This document shows positions 52,357 through 64,000 of a stretch of DNA of 64,000 bases, one piece after another. Each line of letters begins with the position of its first letter. Position 1 is the first letter of the stretch. The position numbers and the translations under genes were made by a program. The notes beneath the pieces are model-generated. The model ran no database searches, was not told the origin of the DNA, and saw only the letters and a program-made list of their open reading frames with translations. The stretch is from the NCBI GenBank assembly GCA_964247055.1, contig OZ176051.1, positions 11,966,001 to 12,030,000 of the forward strand, written 5' to 3'. This DNA comes from Paragordius varius (taxonomy: Eukaryota; Animalia; Nematomorpha).

Positions 52357-52991
52357 TTAAATTAATCCCAAGTCTTTGAGCGTATCGTCCAAACGTTCAT
52401 CCTTTTTTGGTAAAAAATTTAAAATTAATATAGCAGACAGAAAATAAATAGACATGCATGTAAAATATATTTGAATATACCTCCTGCAATACGTCCTGTT
52501 CCGTTATTGATTTTAAAATGCATTTTTTACTAGACTCCTGCATTTCTCCACCAACAAATAATTCATCAAGCATAAAATATGCTTTTTCAAAATTAAAAAT
52601 AATATCCAACTCGCATACCTAACATAATATTAAAACAATATTTATACGCTTCCAAAATATTTATCGAGTAATTCAACGTATCGATGAATAATTTCCAGAT
52701 ACAATAATTCATTATCATCAGGCTCAATTGCACAACAAAAATAAAGGCTTGCGTATCTAATTGATTAATTATTTTTCGCATACCGTTTATATACGATTTT
52801 AAGATCTTTCCAATCAAGAAAATTACACATTTTAGGTTTGCGAACAATAATCAATGCCATAAGCTCTTTAATAATTTTCCGTTTTTCTTTTTCGGATTTA
52901 GCGACATACCATTTTTGCAATCGTACCTTACCCTGGCGACTGAAAAGTAGCATAAAATGCATCTTTAAAATTAATAAATATATATTACCAT
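52357..52991 (-). CDS. AP1S: AP-1 complex subunit sigma
   Basis: Exons 52991-52989 (ATG only), 52962-52784, 52756-52648, 52618-52481 and 52401-52357 give [55 protein letters not shown]. Confidence 0.96.
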
Positions 52992-53685
52992 TTCAGCAAA
53001 CAACTGGTCTGGACGAAAGCAAAACAACTGCAAAATTTAAATTAAATCGTTAATTATAATATATATCTATAAATTTAATAGTTTATTAGCCCAGAGTTTA
53101 TACTATAAGACTTTTTATGATTTAAACCTAATGACATTGTAAGAAGTAAATTATTATTCCAGCTTACTAACTTCTAGAGCAGCGGTACTAGCGAAAAATT
53201 ATAAAGGACCGCAAAAAATAATTAACTTCTCAAGGGCCAATGTCAATAAAAACTACATAGATGCATAATACAATACCAGAAATTATGTTAAATAATTACA
53301 AAAATAAAAAATTCAGGGCCATGGAAACGGAACAGATAATGTTAAATTTATTAAATATTTGCAACAAGACCCTCATTGAATTCATATTGCCTTATAGCAC
53401 CCTGAAAATATGGCTACGCTTTTTATATCGAAGCGTATTTAATAAGGTTGACGGCTTTAAAAAACGTAATCATTTTTGCTATTTAGCCTTTACACAGTGT
53501 CCGCAAAAATAGTTCTGATGGTTCCCGGGGGATAAAAAATACCTGATGAAATATATATATATATATATATTCTGATAGAAAAATGTATCAGGATTATAAT
53601 TGGGTCTAACGAGTAATATAAAGTTATTATCACTTTAGTAGTAACTACTGCGGATAAGAAAATGTATTTTGCGCACTTTTGTTGG

Positions 53686-54120
53686 ATTCAAATTGGGGTA
53701 TCTAAATATTACGGACTCTATTTAAGTTGATATTAAAAATCTACTAAAAGAAACGGTAACAATTTTATTTTTAAAAAAATCCATATACTTTGACGCCGTT
53801 TTTATTTTACAAAGTTTTTTCAAAACTCGTTATTTAATTTTAAAGGTAAATTTAAAGCAATTTTTTATTTAACTCACATATAACATTGGTAGAAACAGAA
53901 AAACTGGTTTTGTATGTTTTTATATTAAGCTAATGCACACGTGTCATTTTGACCAAATATTTACCTTTGGGTTTTACCTTATAAGTAATATGAGGTATTT
54001 TAGAATTTTTTTTAATGTTTCTATTCATTAATGTTATGTAAGTGCAAACTCTTACAATGATTACATTTCCTCTGTTTGAAGTATTTAAAAAAACCTGGAC
54101 GATCCCAATTTAAGTCGAAA
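53686..54120. mobile_element. piggyBac-like MITE family member (degenerate)
   Basis: Homologous to 36245-36821 (GATTCAAATTGGGGTATCTAAATA.., GACGCCGTTTTTATTTTACAAA..). Confidence 0.6.
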
Positions 54121-54933
54121 GACTGAATTGTATGTCAATTGTTAATTTTGGTGAATATCATTCCAAATATCACTAAATATTCATAAAGTGACAAAAACCT
54201 ACACTCTTTCAACAAAAATTAATTTTAGAAGTCGGGTCCCAAATTGTTTCGCTCTGTATGGGCTATAAAGTAAACGCAAATTCTGGGATTTCTCATCAAA
54301 ATTTAAATATATGCTAAATTTATATATCAACTATATTTATAAATGCATATTTTTTTCAAAAAATCGTTGTGCAGCTTGCAGCCCACGCTGAACACTCGTC
54401 AAACAATAATTATAAAACAATTAGATATTAGGACATTTATTATCACCTGTTTAAATACCAAATAAAACTAACTCATGTAAATAAGGTTATAGCTCTATAA
54501 ACTCATAGAAATCATAAGGCAAGAACAATGAAAACCAGAACAAAGTACATGGCCGTGTTTAAATTGTAAAATACGATTCAAACACTAAAATGAAATAACT
54601 TTGCCAACATCATGTAGGCGCATTATCATTAAATGTATTATATAAAACTAAACTGGATAACCAAAAAATAAGATATAAAACCAATAAAATAAGTGTTTTA
54701 TGCATTTATTCAGGGTTATTACCATAACAATATGAAATTAAGGTGTAGTGAAGTTATCACATGTTAGCATAAATATATTCATATAAAATTAAATAATGAA
54801 AATAAATACGTGAAATGACCAGATGTATGGCTATATAGCCATACTAAAAGTGTATATATATATAACAAATAAAATTATTGCTTAAGATTGATTAGCTATA
54901 TAGGTATAAAAATATAATAAAAAAATGATTGAT

Positions 54934-57900
54934 TTATTGATGCCACATTTCAGGCATAACGTAAGAGATATCATCCCAAGGGTGCCGATACAGACCCTGT
55001 TTCAACCGCTTTTGATCCAAAAAGTGTCCTAATTATTTAATTATATATGACATATATATAAAATATATAATTTATTGAACCAATAATCGCACATTTATAG
55101 TTGAGTTGAATAGTCAAAATTAATTTTTCTGCAAATGTAATTATATTTAATAGGTATTAGTCCACGCATATTATTAAAATCGTGTTTCGTAAAAATAAAA
55201 GTAAATAATAAAAACCAATGAATCCCATTGTACGACCAAGGACAAATAAGCCATTAAGTGCCCCGTATTCAATGTAATCGTTAGCTTCCTCAGGGGTAAA
55301 ACAACCCGAATTGCGGAGAATATCTACAAAAATTACCCCAATTGCGCCATCCACATTAAGTATCAAATTTGGTTTCTATGCCACAAATAATGAATGTTCT
55401 TTAAATACTCAAAATTTAATTTATAAATGATAAATCCAAAGAATAATAATATTTTTTTAAAAATGTAAATCACATTGCTTTGGTTAAAAAATTAAAATCA
55501 AATTCTTATAAATTATACCTTTGAAGTTGTAATTTTCTCAACTTCCAATGCGTAATCCAACAAGGGTGTCGCATTAAAATGCGATTTAGCGTATTCCTTA
55601 AGTATGACTACACGCTTGTCGGGATTATTTAACTGTATATATACATATAATCAGATTATAATCGTAAAAATCAAAGTAAATTTCGTTTAATGACATATAT
55701 GATATACCGATTTAACTCTGTGCCCAATACCCATAATTAATTTTCCCTCTTTGCGCGTTTGATTAACAAACTCCATAGGTATAAGTCGTTGTTCATAAAA
55801 GGCTTGGCTAAATTGTTTAGCGGCTGCATCTAAGGCACCCCCAAAACGATCCCCCTAACCATGCCATAAAAATTTAATTCAATATATATATGCAAATATA
55901 ACGAGTCAACAAGCAAAGTAAAGTCCAAGTTATTTTATAAGTTTAATAGTAATATATTTTAATTTTGTTATTTAGCCCAATAACACTAGACAACAAATTT
56001 TAACTTTTTTTAACTGCCATTCTTGTAAATTTAAAATTTATTTCATTAAAGTACATAATTAGTATATCTGAAAAGAAAATTGGTCCTACATGAAAGAATT
56101 TTTTTATATTAGAGTTTATCGATAATTTTTGGCCCCGATTTAACATTAAACTCAAATATCATAAATTTAAAGTTTTAGATATGAAGCCATGTATTTTATA
56201 TCATTCAAAAGAGCGCAAAAAACTGCATCTTTTAAATGGTAGTAAGTCAATTAAATTTATCGGATGTAAAAGTTATTTGGATTTAAATGGTCAAAATTTT
56301 CAACCCTTAAATAAGTCAGGAATTTTCACAGACAAAATAATTTTTAAATCATTTAAATTATTTTAATATTATTATTAGGGTTATATTAGTATTTAATTTA
56401 AAAAAAATGTTTGGAAAAGCTTTTGGTTTGCTTTTTTAATAAAAATTATAATTATCATAAATATTTTATCTAGTGGATACTAAAATGCATAGTTATAACT
56501 GTAAATTTATTACATAATGGCTATAAAAGATCAAAAATACCTTAAACTTTGTTTTATTTTTAAATTTTCGAAGCCTTGTATAGAAAATAAATTAATATTG
56601 ATGAGATGTAATTTTCAAAAAACAAAAAACTTAAAAATGGCTGTTTTGCGTGACATAAAAGCAATAAAAAATGTTTTAATCAAAAAAAACTTTCTTTTGT
56701 TATCTTTTTTGGACATTCATCTCCATTTAAACAAAGTTTGAGCTATTTTCATCTATTAGTTTTAAAAATATTATAATTAAAAAAAATGCTCTCGCTTCGC
56801 GCGTTTGTCGCTCTTTGTGTCCAATATTAACTGTCGATGTAATACATATTAGTATACATTTTATAGAGTTTTTAATACTCTTTCGAATGATATATTACAA
56901 ATGGGCATTACTTGTATACTTTCAAAGAAAACATTTTTTAGTAAAATTTTGATAAAGAGGGCGCATAATCTAAAAAATCAAATTATACAAAATTCTTCCA
57001 ACGAGTTATAATTTTTATTTCAGATTTACTGTTAAAATGATATTAAATATCAGAAAATTCAAAAAACTCGAGTGGAGAAAAAATTTGTTGTCTAGTGTAA
57101 TTAAAGAGTAAAGATAGGACGCTCAATTTCGTATTTTACAAATGTAATCATCTAAGTTTATTTTTATATGGATAAAATATGATGGACTTTGACAAAAGAT
57201 CGTGGTGATAATTATAAATAAAAAACACTATTGACTTATTGTTTTTTCCATATAATTTTTATTTTAACTGATAGCTGCTTAAGCCTCTCAATAAAAAATA
57301 TCAGTTGTTATTTAAAGCAAAAAATGGTTTATAATACAATGACAACACACGTTATAAAAATATAATTTTTTTTAAAAATAATTTTATACTATTGTAAGTA
57401 GTCCTGAGGCTAAACTGGAAACCAAATCCTTTCCAGCACGCGCACACACTATAGTGTTGTGAGCTCCGGAAACAGCTGGCCCGTGATCAGCTGTTAAAAT
57501 AAGGCACATTTCAATGAATTTGGCTGCACTTGGAGGTAATCTGATTCAATTCATTTAACAAATTATTAACACATATAAATGTTAATTGAATCGTAAAAAT
57601 GGAGAAACAAGCAATACAAATTATAGGGGAAAAGTAAAAAGCCCCAAAATAAGTAACCAGTTTCAATAAAAAACCGCAATTTTATAAATTAAATTCAATG
57701 AGTAGGTAAATGCGAGTTAGGAATAGCTTAAACTCAAACCTAATGATATAAGAGCAAACTCAAAAAAGAGGGATTATGATTTATAAAATTTATTTTATAA
57801 TGCGGTTCTCAATTTTTTGATACCCTTTGCTATTTCCATGGAAACAAAGAGGGTTGATAATAAAAAAAGCAAGAAAAACCTTCGTTGAAACCAAAGTAGA

Positions 57901-60780
57901 CTTAAGACATCACCAATACCCAAACCTTGTTGAAAGATTTGTGTGATGGGCATCCCAGCATACAATAACTCCTGCCCTCGTTCATCACAAATCGATGTCA
58001 TAAACGATGCCGGTTTCCGTATTAAACCCAACTCCTATATACACATGTATAGTATATGTTGAGATTCTTGGTATATTGCACAAGCATTTTATAAACTTCA
58101 AAAAAATGTCGATAAATTAGGTTTAAATTAGTCTTTATAAATGTGTCATACCAGCTATTATAGTTAAAAGAATAAAATTATGAATATATTATTTTATCTA
58201 GCATTTAAGCTATAGGTTTGATTGTGTTAATATTTATATAAGTGTAACTGTCACATTTTTTAAAATATTGTAATATTCTTGCGCGATACTTATATGTTAA
58301 AAGTTTAGTGTCCTCAATTATCTGGAAAGAACAAACTATAGTACAGAAAATCAAAATACCCAAAACTGTTAAAACATAAGTTTCAAAGATTACAAACATC
58401 CTTATCAATATCATAAAATAATTATAATTGAAAATCAAAAAAAGGAGATATGTATACACAAGCCCAATCATAATCCATGGGTACGGGAGGGGGTGGGACC
58501 TCAGCCAGCGGGACAATTATGCCCGTGTTAACGAGTTGGCGATAGGTGTCCGCTATAACGGTATCCAGCGCATCAAAATTAGGTGGGACGTGAGCGCCCG
58601 CAGACCGGAGAGCCGCATTTTTAGCCGTCGCAGTTTCGGCCTCGGCTTCAGCCATACTCCCTGCATGTCCGAATTGAACCTTTCAAGTTTAAACAAAAAA
58701 AAAGTTACAAATGGTGACAGTAAGAACCAATAATGTATTTATGACAATTGGTGCATTACATTTGCTACATATTATGGGTAAATACAACACAAATGGTTAT
58801 AATTAAACATATTTTTTCCTTTTTAGGAACATTAAATTTGTTCATTTATTTAGATTTATAAATTGTTTTATATCAAATACGCTATTATGTTACCAACTGG
58901 GAAGCAATAAATTGGCGCTGTAAAATAAAATAAAGATGAAATGATATGGAATAGAAAGAATAATTTTAAAACAATTCAAAAACATATCTATCTCAATTGA
59001 ATCATCAACTAAAATCAAAATATAAAATTCGCCTATTTATAATTTTATAGACCTGATAATTCAAAAATTTTGAGAATCGTGAGCGCAATAAATATATATA
59101 TATATTTATATATATAAAATATTTTAAAATAAAAACGAGGAAAAAATAAAAAATATAGTTGACCAATATTCACCCGTCTATAATTAATGCTTTTACTAGT
59201 GTCATTTCCTTAAAACTAAGTGATAAAAAAGTCTTATAACATTCTTTAAAAGACTCCCTTCCCTGTCTGACTTAATCAGAATTTTTAATAAATAGAATAG
59301 TATTTTTTTAACATATATCGTTTTGAATTTAGTGAACAAATACAGAGATTTGGTAACTCAATTTTACATATTTTCCAATTGTATCATATAGGTATATAAA
59401 ACAAGGAGCAAATATATGCTTTCGTATGCCTTTTATATTTTGTTTAATATTGATTATGTATTTACAGCAAAGATCTATTCATTAATAAGTAGAATTTATC
59501 ATTCTAATATTCATTAAACATAATATCATTAAGCTCTCGAATGATATATAAAATAAATTTTATTATAGAGTTATATAAAAAGTACTATAAACAATATATA
59601 TGATAACAGATATTAATTTATAAGTAATTAAAAAACTTCTTTAACTTACAACAGCAAATAAAATATTCATGTGATGAAATCGCCGGAAAACAAGGTAAAA
59701 TATAATAAAACCATCTTATTAATACTATATATGCATGTATTATATAAGTAAGATTACTAACTTCTTTCAAACAAATAGTATATTATTAAACACAAGGACA
59801 AAAAAGAGATACAAAAAAACGCAAAAAATAAAGAGCATACATCAGAATCAAACATTTTGGCACATGTTCCAATACACCAAGCAACCAGGGGTTTCGTCAA
59901 TTGACCTGTTTGGAGTGCTTCACAAACCCTGTACTCTTCAGTGCCGCCTACCTCACCCAACAAAACCATTATTTTAACGGCTGGATCGGCTTCGAACCTA
60001 ATCAGGTGATCCATGAATGTTGTACCGGGATATCTGCGGAAAAAATAAAATTTTTATACATTTAGATTTTCCTTTTGTTACTTGGCAAAGTAAAAGTTCA
60101 AGGGACAAACGTTTGTCGTAAAGAATGGGTGAAATTACAGAATATTTAATTATTAAGAATAACGTAAAATCCTTTTCGTTTCTTAATAACCCTATGAGTA
60201 AAAAAACTATAATCCGATTTCCTTTAGTATTCTGCAATTTTTACTATTTCTGCTCCCTATAAGGGCTTCAAAATTACTACATATCAAGTTTTTATCAAAA
60301 TACACTCGACTCTAAACGGCCATAACTCAAAAACTAATAAATTTTAATGATGATCGTTGAGTTTATTGAAAGGAAAACATTCATTATCAAGGGATCACTT
60401 TATATAATTAATTTAATTAAACAAAACATGAATAAATAAGTATTGAATGCTTTTTGTCAAAGATTTTTTAAAAAAAGACGTCAATTAAAACTACAAGTTT
60501 TTATAAACTTTAAAATTAAGATTGTAGATACCAGATGGATGCATATAAAAACTCGACTTTTTACTTATAAAAAAACATTTCCAAAAACCAATGATTAATT
60601 AAAGAAAAATAACCTACCTATCACCACCAATGGCCACACCCTCATAAACACCATTTGAATTACGACTAATGATATTGTTAAGTTCATTCGACATACCGCC
60701 CGACCGACTAACGTAAGCCACTGATCCTGGTCTGTAGAGTTTGGATGAAAGAATGTTATCTAACATGCCTCCCGTGTTAC
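54934..60780 (-). CDS. ACLY: ATP-citrate lyase, C-terminal half (5'-partial)
   Basis: Exons 60780-60618, 60033-59841, 58679-58458, 58034-57880, 57540-57390, 55854-55708, 55632-55519, 55375-55216 and 55028-54934 encode [50 protein letters not shown] and YRHPWDDI. No upstream exons were found in the window. Confidence 0.97.
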
Positions 60781-61209
60781 CTAACGCCGTAAATGGACAA
60801 TAAATAATTTTATTATGGTAGAATGAAAATATATATATATATTATTTGAAAAGCATGGTTATATAAATCAAATATTAGTTAAAACTGATTAGGCTTAGAT
60901 ATCTGGATTGATATGAAAATATGAATCAATAAAAAGTTAAAATGGTAAATTTGTAGATCGTATCACTACAAACATATAATATATGATAAAATATTTTATA
61001 AATTTATAGCTGCCTTTTTTGCAAAAGCAAAAACCTTGGCAGGTTATAAAGTAGCCATTTTCCAAATGGTGGAAACACAAGTTTTTTAAATGACAGGAAA
61101 ATGTACGGTATAACTTCCCATCTCTCATCTACTTTTTACGAAAAATATTGATTTTATACCTTCTCCAAATGTTTTAGACATTTTTATATATTCCTTAAAT
61201 ATCTATAAC

Positions 61210-62450
61210 ATACTAGCGTAAATCTCGTGCTGCTACGCAGCACGAGGAAGTCCTTTGGACTTCTGGGGGGGGGGGGGAAGGTAGCTCCTTACCAAGCAGC
61301 TATCATTAAATAAACGGTGGACTAAAATTTTAGCTTTTTAACAGGGAACGTGGAATCCATATTGAATTTTTACGGTCTCATACCTAGGGCGAAAAATCGA
61401 TTCAAAAAATTATTTTTGTGGACTTTGTTTTTTGAAAAAGGTGGCATTTTACGGGGGGAGCGGGTAAAAAGAGGGCCTAAATCAAAAAAGTGGCTCGACT
61501 ATGTTCAGCGCAATCGAAAAAAGTAAACAAAAATTATATTTGAAATTGAATGGTCCAACACGTTCTCCGGAAAATTGTCTCAAAGACACGATTTTTGTGG
61601 ACTTTTTTTTTTTTTGAAAAAAATGGCATTTTACGGGGGGAGCGGGTAAAAAGAGGGCTTAAATCAAAAAAGTGAGTCGACTATATTCAGTGCGATCAAA
61701 AATAAGTAAACAAAAATCATATTTGAAATTGAATGGTCCAACACGTTCTCCAAAAAATTGACTTAACCTATTTTTCACACGGGGTGGGCCCAAACTGGGG
61801 ACCTAATTCCAAAAAAGGGCGAAGCTATTGTCTGGACATTTATTACAGATTATTCGATATTTATATTTTATAGGGTTCACCGGTTTTTCAGAAACAGATC
61901 ACAAAGTTACATGAAAAATCAGTTTTTAGCGGGTAGCTCCTTACCCAGCAGCTATCATTAAATAAACGGTGGACTAAAATTTTTGCTTTTTAACAGGGAA
62001 TACGTGGAATCCATATTGAATTTTTACGGTCTCATACCTAGGGCGAAAAATCGATTCAAAAAATTATTTTTGTGAACTTTGTTTTTTGAAAAAGGTGGCA
62101 TTTTACGGGGGGAGCGGGTAAAAAGAGCGCCTAAATCAAAAAAGTGGCTCGACTATGTTCAGCGCAATCGAAAATAAGTAAATAAAAATCATATTTGAAA
62201 TTGAATGGTCCAACACGTTCTCCGAAAAATTGTCTCAAAGACACAATTTTTGTGGACTTCTGTTTTCAAAAAACCGTTTTTCATACGGGGTGGGCCCGAA
62301 CTGGAAGCCTATTTCAAAAAAGGGCGAAGCTATTGTCGGGGCATTCATTAATGATTATATTTTTTCGAAGTTTGGATTTGATTGGGTCTACCGGTTTTCC
62401 TGTACCAGATCACAAAGCCAGCATTTTCCATTTTTATAAATATATAGATT
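61210..62450. repeat. Helitron-like non-autonomous element with nested tandem repeats
   Basis: Starts ACTAG followed by a perfect hairpin CTCGTGCTGC-TAC-GCAGCACGAG. Two long units (about 61280-61920 and 61932-62420) contain about 180-bp sub-repeats (61415, 61593, 62068). The Helitron assignment is inferred from the end structure only. Confidence 0.5.
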
Positions 62451-62749
62451 CCTGATAACATCCACCCATTCTAAGCACATTTTGCTAATGTTGAAATCAT
62501 GTAATTTCAGCAACCGTAACGGAACGTGGAATTTACGTGCTTATAATAATAGATTTAGTGGTTAACAAAATGACCAAGCAAGGACATACTAGGAATTATA
62601 GTCCTTCTACCGGCACTTTAGAAATCGACATACCATATTGAATATAACTCTGGCCATAACTCGTTATAATTCAACGGTGTAGGTATAATAATGAATAAAA
62701 AGCTGGCTAATTTATCTGACATTTTTATTCCAATCAATAAACATTAATT

Positions 62750-64000
62750 GCAATCCGCATACAACCCCTCATCTATCACAATCTTTCAAATTCACGCCCC
62801 TACCTCCTTTTACAGCGAAGACGACTGTGGAAAATTTTAAAGTGATCTCGAAATGGCGATTTCCAAAATATTTATCTGAGAAAATTTAATTCGATCACAG
62901 GAAAAGAAAAAAACACCTCCTATGACAGGCGGCATAGGCTTAGGCATAAAAAACGAGAGAGAAGATAGATTGATTGTGAATTCTGTGCAAACCATCGTTT
63001 CTTCGTCTCAAACACCTTTTTTAAACAACCTAAACGACGTCTATACACACGGCGTTCCCCGTGCAAAGATACCGTAACCAAATTGACTTTATATTAAGTA
63101 TGGTTAAATATAAAAGTTTTTCCATAAGTCAAATGCTTAGCAGGATTGAATTGCTACAGCGACCACAACCTATTAATCGCCAAAATCTGCTAAAGTTACA
63201 AATCCCCAAAATATCCAAACCCACCAGAACAAGATTAGATGATACAATCGACAACAAGTTTAGCACCGCTTATCTAATCGTTTCGATTGTCTTGATTATA
63301 ATTCCGAAAACTATCAGGATATAAACTCTTTGGAACGCTATAAATCTGCAGGGGTATAGCCGACAAATTTATACAGCCTCTCAAACTTACTAAACAAAAA
63401 AATAAAATTGTCAATCAAAAGTCTCGAGATCGCAGAAAAACGTAGAAAATCCAAAATCAAATGCAAATGGGGTGAATACAAACAACTAAACAGTGACTTT
63501 CAGAAATGTGCAAGAGAGGACAAAAATAATTATTACGACCAATTGTGCGAAAAAAACAGACGTCAAAAATAACCGAAACCTTTTTGTCCATACAAACGAT
63601 ATTATTCCACAAGAACTTTCTACAAGAGACCTATGAGAAACGACAACAACTCATCCTCACTGAAAAAGATGAAATCCGCAAACTCTTGCTTAAACATATA
63701 AGTAAACTATACAACGTAAATAACCCCCAGACTATTAACGGACTTACTCAAGAGAAAGACCCACCTATAATGAAAAAAGAAGTTAAACACGCTATAAATG
63801 ATTCTAGTATCGGCAAAGGAGCACAGAGAAATCCCTACTAAAATAATAAAATATATTACAATCAAAATACTTACCAAATTATTTCAAAATATACTTGAGA
63901 TGGAAAAATTTTTTGAAGATTGGTGTAACTGAATTATGATTCCTATTTATAGAGAAAAATGTAATTCATAATTGTGCGACAACTATCGCACCATAGCGCT
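62750..64000 (+). mobile_element. RTE-clade-like LINE, degenerate (APE endonuclease to start of RT)
   Basis: Broken frames read QIHAPTS, KNER.DRL, PKRRLYT..SP..YRNQIDFIL, DHNLL and the RT start W...IMIPIY..CDNYRTIA at the window edge. Confidence 0.8.

Noticed and set aside
60937-61128. ORF as the next upstream ACLY exon
   Set aside because: It lacks the expected GGIKPGCF(K/R)I sequence. The upstream exons appear to lie outside the window.

Overview
Very AT-rich, intron-containing eukaryotic DNA. The proteins are animal-type, but the host species cannot be identified from the sequence. Host genes: the 3' part of a VPS13B-like gene (+), COX6C (-), NXT1/NXT2 (-), SPPL2 (-), an AP-1 sigma subunit (-), the 3' half of ATP-citrate lyase (-), and one unidentified probable gene. 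The ORF track misses COX6C and NXT1 because tiny introns split them. The centre of the window (16.4-27.1 kb) is a U2 snRNA locus repeatedly invaded by two lineages of Utopia-type (RT + restriction-like endonuclease) non-LTR retrotransposons, all inserted at GTGTAG|TATCTG. The rest is hAT, piggyBac-like, Tc1-like, Chapaev-like, Penelope, Helitron-like and RTE relics. Main observations: (1) six GT-AG introns of only 21-29 nt in four conserved genes, next to kb-sized TE-filled introns; (2) a full-length U2 altered just upstream of the branch-point helix, plus fragments of a second, structurally distinct U2 class; (3) a Utopia insertion flanked by a perfect 174-bp duplication that leaves the U2 gene intact; (4) a twin-priming-like 5' inversion in a Utopia copy; (5) a 255-bp hammerhead-ribozyme mini-element with a 13-bp TSD. 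All exon structures were derived by hand. Some frameshifts fall in homopolymer runs and may be assembly errors.
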